Below are positions 31,310-40,844 of a stretch of DNA of 64,000 nt, one piece after another (positions within the stretch are counted from its first letter, which is position 1; each line of letters starts with the position of its first letter). The position numbers were made by a program, and so were the translations under genes. Source of the stretch: Bacteroidota bacterium (lineage in GTDB: Bacteria; Bacteroidota; Bacteroidia; Chitinophagales; JADIYW01); the NCBI GenBank assembly GCA_028288625.1, contig JAQBNI010000049.1, positions 771 through 64,770 of the forward strand, read 5' to 3'. Below the pieces are notes generated by a model. That model did no database searches and was not told where the DNA came from. It saw nothing but the letters and a program-made list of their open reading frames with translations.

Positions 31310-32476
31310 ATGATCATCGACGCTGCAAATAAATTACAACACATCAACGAATACTATTTCTCTTCGAAGCTGAAAGAGATTGCAGCGATGCGTGCAACAG
31401 GTAAAGATATTTTGAATTTAGGTATCGGAAATCCAGATCAGCCGCCATCACAACAAACCATTGATGCATTAAAATTCTCGGCTGATAATCCGAAAAATCA
31501 TGGCTACCAGAGTTATATTGGTATTCCTGCATTACGTAATGCAATCAGTGAATGGTATAAGAATACGTATGATGTTGAACTGGATCCTGTTTCCGAAATA
31601 TTGCCGTTGCTTGGATCGAAGGAAGGCATATCACATATATCGAATGCGTTTTTAAATCCCGGTGATAAAGTTCTAATTCCAAATCCCGGTTACCCAACTT
31701 ATACTTCGGCTACTTATTTGGCAGGAGCGGAGCCTGTATATTTTGATTTGGATGAAAGAAATGATTGGGCGCCTGATCTCATCAATATTCCCGCTGTTGT
31801 TTTGCGTGAAGTGAAAATACTCTGGATAAATTATCCGAATATGCCGACCGGTGCACCGGGCAATCACAAACTTTTTGAACGGTTAGTGGAGATCGCCAAC
31901 GAATTCAAAATTTTAATTGTAAACGATAATCCGTATAGTCTGGTGTTGAATGAAGACAAACCGGTTTCAATTTTCCAGGTGAAGGGTGCGAAGGATGTTT
32001 GTCTTGAATTAAATTCATTAAGTAAATCTCATAACCTTGCAGGTGCGAGAATTGGAATGGTTGCAGGAAATAAAGAATTGCTCGATACTATTTTAAAAGT
32101 GAAGAGTAATGTCGACAGCGGCATGTACCTTCCGTTGCAGGATGCAGCAATTGCTGCACTTTCAAACGATGATAAATGGCACCGTGAACGAAATAAAGTG
32201 TATGAAGAGCGGCGCGAATATGCATGGCAGATCATGGATGTTTTAGGTTGTGTGTATGAAAAGAACCAGGTGGGAATGTTTATCTGGGCGAAGATCCCGG
32301 ATGAGTTTAAGAATGCAGAAGAGCTTACGGAAAAAGTATTGCACGAAGCAAATGTTTTTATCACACCGGGTTTTATTTTCGGAAGTAACGGCGAAAGGTA
32401 TGTAAGGATCTCTTTATGCAGTCCCGTTGAAGATTTGAAAACTGCATTGCAAAGAATTAAACTAATGAAATATTGA
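31310..32476 (+). CDS. class I/II pyridoxal-phosphate-dependent aminotransferase (probable aromatic/prephenate aminotransferase)
   Basis: NPGYPTY, NYPNMPTG, SLSKSHNLAGARIG (PLP lysine). Operon context between pheA and tyrA. Confidence 0.85.
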   Translation: MIIDAANKLQHINEYYFSSKLKEIAAMRATGKDILNLGIGNPDQPPSQQTIDALKFSADNPKNHGYQSYIGIPALRNAISEWYKNTYDVELDPVSEILPLLGSKEGISHISNAFLNPGDKVLIPNPGYPTYTSATYLAGAEPVYFDLDERNDWAPDLINIPAVVLREVKILWINYPNMPTGAPGNHKLFERLVEIANEFKILIVNDNPYSLVLNEDKPVSIFQVKGAKDVCLELNSLSKSHNLAGARIGMVAGNKELLDTILKVKSNVDSGMYLPLQDAAIAALSNDDKWHRERNKVYEERREYAWQIMDVLGCVYEKNQVGMFIWAKIPDEFKNAEELTEKVLHEANVFITPGFIFGSNGERYVRISLCSPVEDLKTALQRIKLMKY

Positions 32477-32559
32477 ATGAAAAATTTACGATTTACGATT
32501 TACAATTTTTTACCGTGGACAGTGGACTGTCGTCCGTGGACAAAATATAAACAAAACTA

Positions 32560-33402
32560 ATGAAGCTTGCAATTTTCGGCATAGGATTAATTGGTGGTTC
32601 GGTAGCAAAAGACCTGCGGTCATCAGATTTTGCCGGTGAGATCTTAGGCGTTGGCAGGAGTCAAAAGAATTGTGATTTGGCTTTGCAGTTAGGATTGGTC
32701 GATAAGATCGTTTCAAAAGAAGAAGCAGTTAAAAATGCCGATTTAATTATTCTGACAGTTCCTGTCAATTATTTAGTGGAAGAACTAATTTATATTCTCG
32801 ATCATATTCAATTACACCAGGTGGTTACAGATATGGGATCAACAAAAGGAATTATTATCGACGCGATCAAGGATCATCCGAACCGCAAGCAATATGTTTC
32901 TTCGCATCCAATGGCAGGTACAGAAAATTCAGGTCCGTCTGCGGCGATCAGCAATTTATTCCGGGATAAGGTTTGTATTATCTGCGATAAGGAAAAAAGT
33001 AATGAAGATGCAGTTTCACTCGTTGAAAAAATGTACGGCATGTTAGGAATGCGCATAAAATATATGGATGCACACCAGCATGATATGCATGCTGCGTACA
33101 TCTCGCATATCTCGCATATCAGTTCGTTTGTATTAGCTGCAACGGTACTGGAAAAAGAAAAAGATGAAGAAGCGATCCTGGAAATGGCAGGCGGTGGTTT
33201 TGAAAGCACGGTAAGGCTTGCAAAAAGCTCTCCTGAAATGTGGGCGCCTATCTTCCAGCAAAATAAAAATTATTTACTCGAAGTGATGGATACTTATATT
33301 GAGAAGATGTATCACTTCAGGAATCTCATCAATAAAAATAAAAATGAAGAGTTGAAAAATTTTATGATGGAGGCGAATGAAATACGAAAAATATTGAAAT
33401 AG
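32560..33402 (+). CDS. tyrA: prephenate dehydrogenase
   Basis: Rossmann IFGIGLIGGS, SSHPMAG catalytic region, HDMHAAYISHISH. Confidence 0.9.
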   Translation: MKLAIFGIGLIGGSVAKDLRSSDFAGEILGVGRSQKNCDLALQLGLVDKIVSKEEAVKNADLIILTVPVNYLVEELIYILDHIQLHQVVTDMGSTKGIIIDAIKDHPNRKQYVSSHPMAGTENSGPSAAISNLFRDKVCIICDKEKSNEDAVSLVEKMYGMLGMRIKYMDAHQHDMHAAYISHISHISSFVLAATVLEKEKDEEAILEMAGGGFESTVRLAKSSPEMWAPIFQQNKNYLLEVMDTYIEKMYHFRNLINKNKNEELKNFMMEANEIRKILK

Positions 33403-33501
33403 TACTTAGTAGTTAGTACTTAGTATTTAGAAATAAAATTGTAATCTGAAATTAACTCATAACTCATAATTCTTAACTCTTAACTTATAACATACACAAC
33501 A

Positions 33502-34593
33502 ATGAGTAACTTAAACATCGTGCCTCTGAAAGACTGGGGCTTCAACTTCGAACGACCGGTAATTATTTCCGGTCCATGCTCCTGCGAAACAGAAGAGCAA
33601 ATGATGGAAACTGCAAAACGTCTTGCAAATAAAGGGATAGACATGTTACGCGCAGGAATATGGAAACCGCGCACACGTCCCGGCATGTTTGAAGGTATCG
33701 GCAAGGAAGGGCTTTCATGGCTCGTGAATGCCGGGAAGGAGATAGGTAAACCTACAACTGTGGAAGTAGCGACTGCGCAGCACGTAGAAGAATCTCTTGA
33801 AGCAGGCGTTGATATTTTATGGATCGGCGCACGTACAACCGTGAATCCGTTTTCCGTTCAGGAAATTGCAGACGCATTGCGCGGTGTTGATATTCCCGTG
33901 CTTGTAAAAAATCCAATCAATCCCGATCTGCAGTTGTGGCTCGGCAGTATGGAACGTTTAAATGCTGTTGGCATTACAAAACTCGGCGCTATTCATCGCG
34001 GTTTTTCTGCTTACGAAAAATCTAAGTATCGTAATATTCCGATGTGGGAATTGCCGATCGAAATGCGACGCTTATATCCATCCATTCCGATCATTGTAGA
34101 TCCTTCACACATTTGTGGTTCAAGAGAATTACTATTATCCGTTTCTCAGAAAGCGCTCGATCTTGATTTCGATGGATTGATGATCGAATCTCACCGTGAT
34201 CCGGACAATGCATGGAGCGATGCAGCACAACAGGTAACACCTGAACGTCTCGGCGAAATAATTTCTACGTTGATCGTGCGAAGCAGTAAGCTTACAGACT
34301 TTGCAGAAAATAAATTGGAAGTATTGCGCGCGCAGATCGACAGGATAGACAACTATATGCTGGAGATCATGGGAGAAAGAATGGACATTGCACGCAAGAT
34401 CGGCGAGTTTAAACGTGATAATGGAATTACCATCCTGCAAACAAATCGCTGGGATGAGATCATCAACGATAGAGTAAAGAAAGCAGCTAAAAAAGATCTG
34501 ACTGAAGACTTCGTAAAGGATATGATGGAAGCGATACACCAGGAATCGATCCGTCACCAGACAAAAATTATGAACAATATTTTAGCCGAATAG
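33502..34593 (+). CDS. bifunctional 3-deoxy-7-phosphoheptulonate (DAHP) synthase (type I-beta) / chorismate mutase type II
   Basis: KDO8P/DAHP-synthase barrel motifs (ISGPCSCE, RAGIWKPRT, VDPSH) and a C-terminal AroQ helix bundle (LRAQIDRIDNYMLEIMGERMDIARKIGEFK). Confidence 0.9.
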   Translation: MSNLNIVPLKDWGFNFERPVIISGPCSCETEEQMMETAKRLANKGIDMLRAGIWKPRTRPGMFEGIGKEGLSWLVNAGKEIGKPTTVEVATAQHVEESLEAGVDILWIGARTTVNPFSVQEIADALRGVDIPVLVKNPINPDLQLWLGSMERLNAVGITKLGAIHRGFSAYEKSKYRNIPMWELPIEMRRLYPSIPIIVDPSHICGSRELLLSVSQKALDLDFDGLMIESHRDPDNAWSDAAQQVTPERLGEIISTLIVRSSKLTDFAENKLEVLRAQIDRIDNYMLEIMGERMDIARKIGEFKRDNGITILQTNRWDEIINDRVKKAAKKDLTEDFVKDMMEAIHQESIRHQTKIMNNILAE

Positions 34594-34612
34594 GTCATAA
34601 AGAAGACAAAAA

Positions 34613-34661
34613 GCTAATAATCAACCCTTTGATAAATTGTTGAATTGTTAGCTTTTTTTTT
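34613..34661 (+). terminator. intrinsic terminator of the aromatic operon
   Basis: GCTAATAATCAAC ... GTTGAATTGTTAGC imperfect 13-bp stem followed by T9. Confidence 0.6.
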
Positions 34662-34754
34662 GTTTCGCGTGGCTCATTGGGAAAATATAGGCTTTATACG
34701 GTATTCTTTATTAAATTTGGCGCATTAGTTATTCATCAATTAAAATTTATAAAA

Positions 34755-34961
34755 ATGGACAAAACAAAAATGATCAAGGCATATTGCCTTAAGACAAAGG
34801 AGAAAGATGTGCCTATGCTTGATGCAGTTGTTACTAAAACAGCAAGAGGTGGCTATATGGCAACAGGAAACGATGGCAAAGGAAATAAAATGGCTGCTAT
34901 CATGGGTGAAGCAAAAGCTTTACAGGCAATTAAAGACGGCGTAGCAAAAAAAGGATTCTAA
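34755..34961 (+). CDS. small Lys-rich hypothetical protein (68 aa)
   Basis: ATG at 34755 (MDKTKMIKAY...). Bracketed by two intrinsic terminators, so it is a monocistronic unit. Confidence 0.5.
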   Translation: MDKTKMIKAYCLKTKEKDVPMLDAVVTKTARGGYMATGNDGKGNKMAAIMGEAKALQAIKDGVAKKGF

Positions 34962-34987
34962 TCTCCAACGGAATTTAAAATCTAAAA

Positions 34988-35015
34988 GGTCAGCGATAAA
35001 CGCTGACCTTTTTTT
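34988..35015 (+). terminator. intrinsic terminator
   Basis: GGTCAGCG-ATAAA-CGCTGACC followed by T7. Confidence 0.85.
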
Positions 35016-35114
35016 ATTGGAAGATTCTCCATGATTAAATCCATCAAAAATCCTACATTTATAAATGAATTCTTGTTGTGCTTACCTTTCGGATATCCAA
35101 CTGAAGATAATAAG

Positions 35115-35660
35115 ATGATAAACAAAATGAAAAAAACCAAATTATTTACAACTGCCACTATTGGAATATGGCTGTTAGTTTTAATTACAAGTTGTAAAAG
35201 CGAACCATCACAGGAATGCATCCCGTTAAAGACAGCCAATGAACAATTGGCAGCAAACCTTAAAATGTATGAAACAACCTGGAATGAAATTATCAACAAA
35301 GGAAAACTTGACTTGATAAACGAAACCAATTTCGATAAAAGCATTACACTTATCAGCAGTCCTAAAAAAATAGTGGGTATAGAAGGATTCAAGGCGTATT
35401 ACAAAAACTATCTTACTGGATTTTCAAATATTACATTTACTATTGTAGACGCCTTTGGACAAGGTGATAAAATTGTAAAACATTGGAATTTCAAGGGTAA
35501 ACATACAGGAGATTTTTTTGGAATTCCTGCGACTGGTAAAGATGTAAATGTTGATGGCGTAACACTAGTAAGAATGAAAAACGGAAAAATTGCACAGGAA
35601 CAGGATTTCCTGGACAATTTAGAATTTATGCAACAACTTGGAATTATTCCAAGACAGTAG
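35115..35660 (+). CDS. SnoaL-like ester cyclase family lipoprotein
   Basis: Lipobox LVLITSC after MINKMKKTKLF. C-terminal ester-cyclase core (VKHWNFKGKHTGDFFGIPATGKDVNVDGVTLVRMKNGKI). Confidence 0.7.
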   Translation: MINKMKKTKLFTTATIGIWLLVLITSCKSEPSQECIPLKTANEQLAANLKMYETTWNEIINKGKLDLINETNFDKSITLISSPKKIVGIEGFKAYYKNYLTGFSNITFTIVDAFGQGDKIVKHWNFKGKHTGDFFGIPATGKDVNVDGVTLVRMKNGKIAQEQDFLDNLEFMQQLGIIPRQ

Positions 35661-35691
35661 AATAAAAACTACAGCTAACAGCAGCTAAGCT

Positions 35692-35753
35692 CTAAAAATT
35701 TGTAAATTTATTATTGCGTTTATTCGCCTGCGCCTAGCCGCAACCGTTAGTAG
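35692..35753 (+). repeat. intergenic element E1 (CTAAAAAT..GTAAATTTA..TTGCGTTTA..CCGCAACC-GTTAG)
   Basis: About three quarters of positions match E2 at 36845-36904 by eye. Contains a TTGCG/CGCAA stem and ends in GTTAGTA. Confidence 0.65.
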
Positions 35754-35806
35754 TCATTGTAAAAAGACAGTAACAAACCATAGACAACAATAAAACATGG
35801 AACTAT

Positions 35807-36376
35807 ATGAGAAAAATAATTTCATTTATGCACATATCGCTTGACGGTTTTGTAGCAGGATTGAACGGAGAAATGGACTGGATTAAGGTTGATGAAGAAA
35901 TTTTTGATCATGTCGGTAAGCGGATAAGCGAAGGCGACACTGCATTATATGGACGGGTAACTTTTCAGATGATGGAAAATTACTGGCCTACCGCAGCAGA
36001 CAAGCCGACCGCAAGCAAGCACGACATTGAACATTCAAAGTGGTATAGCAAAGTTCACAAAATTGTTTTATCAAAAACAATGAAAGACGCGGATTTGAAG
36101 AACACAACAATTATTAGCGACAACCTTTCGGACAGCATAAATGAAATAAAACAACAGGCAGGTGAAGACATCTTGCTTTTTGGTAGCCCGACAGCAACAC
36201 ATTCACTTATTCAACTGAACTTAATTGACGGCTACTGGCTATTTGTTAATCCAATTATTCTTGGACGAGGCATTCCATTGTTTGCAGACATCAAAGATAA
36301 AATAAAACTAAAGCTATTGAGTACCCGACAATTTACTTGCGGGGTAACTGAACTGAATTACATAGTAGAAGCTTAA
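35807..36376 (+). CDS. dihydrofolate reductase family protein (RibD C-terminal domain type)
   Basis: ISLDGFVAG..GEMDW, YGRVTFQMM, LLFGSPT, LNLIDGYWLFVNPIILG. Confidence 0.8.
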   Translation: MRKIISFMHISLDGFVAGLNGEMDWIKVDEEIFDHVGKRISEGDTALYGRVTFQMMENYWPTAADKPTASKHDIEHSKWYSKVHKIVLSKTMKDADLKNTTIISDNLSDSINEIKQQAGEDILLFGSPTATHSLIQLNLIDGYWLFVNPIILGRGIPLFADIKDKIKLKLLSTRQFTCGVTELNYIVEA

Positions 36377-36386
36377 AGGATAAACA

Positions 36387-36839
36387 ATGACAAAAAACAA
36401 ATTATTAAGAATGGACAACGTCGGCATCGTTGTAGAATCTCTCGATGACGCTATCTCTTTTTTCGAGGAAATAGGCTTGACGCTTGAAGGGCGAGCGAAG
36501 GTCGAAGGGGAATGGGCTGGTCGAGTTACCGGATTGGGCAATCAATCTGTAGAGATTGCTATGATGGTTACCCCGGATGGTCATAGCCGTCTCGAACTTT
36601 CGCGATTTTTAACCCCTCTTACCATCTCTGACCACCGAAATGCCCCTGTGAACTCTCTCGGCTACCTACGCGTCATGTTTACTGTTCAAGACATTGACGA
36701 AATGGTATCCAGACTTATCAAACATGGTGCTCAACTCGTTGGAGAAGTAGTTCAGTATGAGAACTCCTATCGGCTATGTTACATTCGCGGACCCGAAGGG
36801 CTTCTTGTTGGACTTGCAGAAGAACTCGGCAAAAAATGA
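36387..36839 (+). CDS. VOC family protein, visibly more G+C-rich than neighbouring genes
   Basis: Glyoxalase-fold motifs (DNVGIVVESLDDAISFF, YIRGPEGLLVGL). Codon usage richer in G/C-ending codons than its neighbours (by eye). Confidence 0.8.
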   Translation: MTKNKLLRMDNVGIVVESLDDAISFFEEIGLTLEGRAKVEGEWAGRVTGLGNQSVEIAMMVTPDGHSRLELSRFLTPLTISDHRNAPVNSLGYLRVMFTVQDIDEMVSRLIKHGAQLVGEVVQYENSYRLCYIRGPEGLLVGLAEELGKK

Positions 36840-36844
36840 GTAGG

Positions 36845-36904
36845 CTAAAAATCCGTAAATTTAATTTGTTGCGTTTAGTGTCGCCAGTCCGCAACCATTA
36901 GATG
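36845..36904 (+). repeat. intergenic element E2
   Basis: Paralog of E1. Imperfect palindrome CCGTAAATTTA..GTTGCG-loop-CGCAAC..TTAGATGTATACCGG with unpaired bases in the 3' arm. Confidence 0.65.
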
Positions 36905-36944
36905 TATACCGGCAATCAATAGCCAACCCCATAAATAACAAAAA

Positions 36945-37268
36945 GTGAAAGTATTATTTGTTTGCAGTAGAAATCAATGGCGAAGTCCGACTGCTGAAAA
37001 TATTTATAAAAAATACAACCACTTACAAGTAAGATCTGCCGGAACAGAACCTTCAGCCCGCGTTAAGCTCACTGCAAAAACAATTATATGGGCGGATATT
37101 ATATTCGCAATGGAAAAAAGACATAAGCTTAGAATACAAGAAAAATTTCCTATCGAAGCTCAATTAAAAGAAATAATTGTACTTGACATTGCAGACGAAT
37201 ATAAATATATGGATGAAGAATTAATTCGCGAAATACAAAGTAAGGTGGACCATCATCTGGGATTTTAA
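36945..37268 (+). CDS. low-molecular-weight protein-tyrosine-phosphatase-like protein
   Basis: P-loop VLFVCSRNQWRSPTAE at the N-terminus. GTG start. 107 aa. Confidence 0.65.
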   Translation: MKVLFVCSRNQWRSPTAENIYKKYNHLQVRSAGTEPSARVKLTAKTIIWADIIFAMEKRHKLRIQEKFPIEAQLKEIIVLDIADEYKYMDEELIREIQSKVDHHLGF

Positions 37269-37318
37269 TTGTACAATGCTGTCGGATGCTTTATCCGTCA
37301 GAAACTAATTAAATAAAA

Positions 37319-37501
37319 TTATTTATCGTTCCGTACCTGTCGGATACCAATGTAATAGGTGACGCAAGCAGAGATCAGCAAAGCAACGAATCCATAGTTC
37401 TGTGCATTGGTTAAAGGGGCATCCAGCCGGAACATAATGAGGCTGATAATGATCGTTGGTATAACCCATCCAATTAACGGCAACCAGTATTTAAATTTCA
37501 T
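37319..37501 (-). CDS. small membrane protein (2 TM)
   Basis: 60 aa with two hydrophobic helices. Confidence 0.4.
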   Translation of the reverse strand: MKFKYWLPLIGWVIPTIIISLIMFRLDAPLTNAQNYGFVALLISACVTYYIGIRQVRNDK

Positions 37502-37544
37502 CTTGATGATTAAGTGGAATGAAGATAAATCTTTTTTAATGGCT

Positions 37545-38051
37545 TTAAAATTTATCTTTTGAAAGATAAAATGGTTCGCGTTGATTTTTTTTCATTCTTT
37601 CATCAATCTGTTCCGCCATCCATTGAAAATATTCCGCTGAATAAGGATCAGATTGTTCCTCCCTGATCAGCAACATTAGAGGTTTATACTTTTCCCATGA
37701 AGAAGTTACAAAAGAACCCAGTGTTTTATCTACCAGATCAAAATTAATGACTTTGATTGCTAACAAAATCCCCAGGGATTCCATTTGCTGCGCTAACTGT
37801 ATAAAACAAACCTGTTCATTTTTTGTCCAGGAAAGGTATTTCTCATAAGTTTCAGGAAATGTTACATTGGTTATAAAATTTATCAACTCTGCAAATTCTC
37901 TTGTCTGGAAGTTCCGCAAAGCGTCTAAAGTCAGTCTTTCCTGTCGGTCGCGGTTTGACATCTTCACCTGTGCAATACCAAAAATAAGCGCTACAACTAC
38001 TGATAAAGTGAGTGCAAGGTTTGCGAGTAACGCAATAAATTCCGTTGTCAT
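37545..38051 (-). CDS. hypothetical protein with N-terminal TM helix
   Basis: 168 aa. Stop-start abutting the upstream ADH gene (38053). Confidence 0.5.
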   Translation of the reverse strand: MTTEFIALLANLALTLSVVVALIFGIAQVKMSNRDRQERLTLDALRNFQTREFAELINFITNVTFPETYEKYLSWTKNEQVCFIQLAQQMESLGILLAIKVINFDLVDKTLGSFVTSSWEKYKPLMLLIREEQSDPYSAEYFQWMAEQIDERMKKNQREPFYLSKDKF

Positions 38052-38052
38052 T

Positions 38053-39111
38053 TTATTTTTTTAGTGATGCCATATCAATGACAAAGCGATAACGAACATC
38101 ACTTTTAAGCATCCTTTCATAAGCTTCATTAATATCCTGCATATTGATGATCTCGATTTCCGAAACAATATTGTGTTCTCCGCAGAAGTCAAGCATTTCC
38201 TGTGTTTCTGCAATACCGCCAATCAAAGAACCTGCAACGGCTTTTCTCCCCATGATCATTGGAACCGTAAATAAAAATGGTTCGAGTCCTCCTAAATAAC
38301 CCACTAAAACCAATGTGCCGTTGATATTTAAAGTAGGAATATAAGGATTCACATCATGGACATACGGAACAGTATTAATAATTAAATCGAATTTTCCTTT
38401 TACTGAATTCATGTGATTTTCGTCCGTAGAAATGATGACAGCATCTGCTCCTAAATCCAATGCATCTTTTTCTTTTGATGGGGTTCTTGAAAACAGCGTA
38501 ACTTCTGCGCCTAATCCTTTTGCGAGTTTTATTGCCATGTGTCCAAGCCCGCCTAAACCAACCACTGCAACTTTACTGTCTTTGCCAACTTTCCAGTGAC
38601 GTAGTGGCGACCATGTAGTAATGCCTGCACAAAGAAGGGGAGCAGTTGCTGCGAGGTCGAGATTGGAAGGAATTTTTAAAACGAAATGTTCATCCACTAC
38701 AATTTTTTCAGAATAACCGCCGAACGTTCTTCCTCCTAAATGTTTGTCCTTGCCATTGTATGTTCCGGTAAATCCCGTTAAACAATATTGTTCAAGGTCC
38801 TGCCTGCAGCTTTTACATTCCATACAGGAATCTACCAAACAACCAACACCGGCAAAATCTCCAACTTTTAGTTTTGAAACTTCACTTCCTACCCTTGTCA
38901 CTTTGCCTACAATTTCATGACCCGGAATTGCAGGATAAACTGTGCCGCCCCAATCGTTTCTTGCTGTGTGCAAATCAGAATGACAAACACCGCAATACAA
39001 AATTTCTATTTCAATATCTTTTGAAGTGATCTCTCTGCGTGAGATATCCATTTGTTTCAAAGGAGCATCTGCGGCTTCCGTGCCGTATGCTTTTACATTT
39101 GTTGTTTCCAT
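38053..39111 (-). CDS. zinc-dependent NAD(P)-dependent alcohol dehydrogenase (YahK/cinnamyl-alcohol DH type)
   Basis: GVCHSDLH, GHEIVG, structural zinc CMECKSCRQDLEQYC, and GLGGLGH Rossmann motif. Confidence 0.9.
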   Translation of the reverse strand: METTNVKAYGTEAADAPLKQMDISRREITSKDIEIEILYCGVCHSDLHTARNDWGGTVYPAIPGHEIVGKVTRVGSEVSKLKVGDFAGVGCLVDSCMECKSCRQDLEQYCLTGFTGTYNGKDKHLGGRTFGGYSEKIVVDEHFVLKIPSNLDLAATAPLLCAGITTWSPLRHWKVGKDSKVAVVGLGGLGHMAIKLAKGLGAEVTLFSRTPSKEKDALDLGADAVIISTDENHMNSVKGKFDLIINTVPYVHDVNPYIPTLNINGTLVLVGYLGGLEPFLFTVPMIMGRKAVAGSLIGGIAETQEMLDFCGEHNIVSEIEIINMQDINEAYERMLKSDVRYRFVIDMASLKK

Positions 39112-39162
39112 TTTTATAGAATTGATTATTAGTTTGACTATATAAAATTTAAAGTTAGAACT

Positions 39163-39573
39163 TTAAGCGTGAACACTGTTATATTCTTCATCGGTTACCG
39201 GAGCCAACCAAATAACAGCGCCTTCAGCAGTACTATTGGTGATAGCGATATGCGTTAAGTTTCTATCGCGTGTTGCTCCGTGCCAATGTTCTGTATTTGA
39301 CGGGATGACGACCACATCGCCCTTCGAAAGTGATCGTGCAGATTTACCTTTTTCCTGGTAGAATCCCTGTCCATCAGTGATTAGCAGAATTTGTCCTGCA
39401 GGATGTGTATGCCAGTTATTTCTGCAACCCGGCTCAAATACAATATCGCCTACTGCATAAGTTCCTGTTTCATCCTTTGGCACTAAAATATTTACCCATG
39501 CAGTTCCGGTAAAATAATCTGCCGGAGCTTTTTCGCCTTTGTGAAAAATGGCATTTTCATTTTCTGTATTCAT
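39163..39573 (-). CDS. cupin domain protein
   Basis: Cupin motifs NNWHTHPAGQILL and VVIPSNTEHWHGA. Confidence 0.8.
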   Translation of the reverse strand: MNTENENAIFHKGEKAPADYFTGTAWVNILVPKDETGTYAVGDIVFEPGCRNNWHTHPAGQILLITDGQGFYQEKGKSARSLSKGDVVVIPSNTEHWHGATRDRNLTHIAITNSTAEGAVIWLAPVTDEEYNSVHA

Positions 39574-39575
39574 TT

Positions 39576-40223
39576 CTATAAATTTATATTCAATCCAAAA
39601 AATGCAGCAAATAGCATTGGTCGTTTAATATCTCCTTTTCTTACAGATGTTAAGCTGCCGTGATATACCATACCGGTTTCAACAGAAATAAACTTAATTA
39701 AATTTACACCCATACCGGCGCGTGCTTCCAGCATGAAAGAAACTGTTTTTACAGATGTAAATACATTTTTAATATTGAATTGCGGTCCGATTGCAAGTGA
39801 AACTAAAGGATACAACCTGTGCTTTTGTTGTCCGTATTTAAAAGCTACTCCCACGGGAATAGTTATAGAGCGGTATTTCACGTGCTCCTGCCTGATGGAA
39901 TCAGTGGTAACAAATGTCCTGAAGTTTTCACGGTCCGTGATCTCCGTATAGGAAAGACCTGAGAATATAGTAAAAGCACCAAAGCTCTTTTCAAACATAC
40001 CGGTGAAGCCATAAGCTATTACACCTGAATTACCATTAGGCAAATAAGAAGCGCCAAGATTAGCCTGCAGGGTTAGCGTTTTGCTCTTGCTGAAATCGTG
40101 TTGTTTTTTTTCTTTTGCCTGCGGTGCTGTTGTCGCAGTTTCCGGTTCCGGTTCAGTTGCTGTTTCCTGGGCGAAACTAAAAGAAATAAATAGAATGAAA
40201 AAGATAAGAAGGATTGTTTTCAT
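39576..40223 (-). CDS. outer-membrane beta-barrel (porin-family) protein
   Basis: Signal peptide, alternating beta-strand pattern, and an aromatic-rich C-terminal end (FFGLNINL). Confidence 0.6.
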   Translation of the reverse strand: MKTILLIFFILFISFSFAQETATEPEPETATTAPQAKEKKQHDFSKSKTLTLQANLGASYLPNGNSGVIAYGFTGMFEKSFGAFTIFSGLSYTEITDRENFRTFVTTDSIRQEHVKYRSITIPVGVAFKYGQQKHRLYPLVSLAIGPQFNIKNVFTSVKTVSFMLEARAGMGVNLIKFISVETGMVYHGSLTSVRKGDIKRPMLFAAFFGLNINL

Positions 40224-40327
40224 AGTGTAAATGTAAATGTTATAATGGTTACAAAATAAAAAATAGTTTATAAGGCTAAATGTTCATGAAACATAAACGC
40301 AACATCATACATTTGTATAAAAATATT

Positions 40328-40756
40328 ATGCGGATATGGTCGATCCATCCCCAATATCTCGATTCTAAAGGCTTGGTAGCGCTTTGGAGAGAAACACTTT
40401 TAGCAAAACATGTTTTAGAAGGAAAAACAAAAGGGTACAAAAATCATCCACAATTAAAAAGATTTAAAGATTTAAGCAATCCTGTAAATGCTATTCATCA
40501 ATATTTAGGCAAAGTGTATGACGAAGCGATATTGCGCGAATATAATTTTGATGAGAATAAATTTATTGCATTGCGACAGAAAATTGTGCTCACTGTTACT
40601 GAAGGGCAGATAGAATATGAATGGAGACATCTGCTTGGTAAACTGAAAATAAGAGATGAGAAGTTATATAAGCAACTGAAGAAGATTAATAATTGTGATG
40701 TTCATCCGATTTTCCGTGTGGTTAAGGGGCCGGTTGAAGATTGGGAAATTCTATGA
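40328..40756 (+). CDS. pyrimidine dimer DNA glycosylase / endonuclease V (T4 DenV-like) family
   Basis: MRIWSIHPQYLDSKGLVALWRE..LLA N-terminus is characteristic. ATG at 40328 preferred. Confidence 0.8.
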   Translation: MRIWSIHPQYLDSKGLVALWRETLLAKHVLEGKTKGYKNHPQLKRFKDLSNPVNAIHQYLGKVYDEAILREYNFDENKFIALRQKIVLTVTEGQIEYEWRHLLGKLKIRDEKLYKQLKKINNCDVHPIFRVVKGPVEDWEIL

Positions 40757-40766
40757 TTATAAAACA

Positions 40767-40797
40767 AAGAGAGTCGTAGTATTACAACGACTCTCTT
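40767..40797. terminator. hairpin between convergent genes (U-tract only on the minus strand)
   Basis: Perfect 11-bp stem AAGAGAGTCGT / ACGACTCTCTT with a 9-nt loop. Confidence 0.65.
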
Positions 40798-40844
40798 CAT
40801 ACAAATCAAAAGTATATAATAGATCCCTTTCCGGGAGAGAATGG

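Noticed and set aside
34982-35392. 136-aa minus-strand ORF and the long 35031 start of the ester cyclase ORF
   Set aside because: The minus-strand ORF overlaps the terminator and the lipoprotein gene. The plus-strand gene more plausibly starts at 35115 (MINKMKKTKLF... lipobox).
40226-40275. GTGTAAATGTAAATGTTATAATGGTTACA upstream of the UV glycosylase gene as a seventh stress-motif copy
   Set aside because: It contains similar words (GTGTAAAT, GTTACA) but the box order and the 13-nt spacing of M1-M6 are not reproduced in either orientation.
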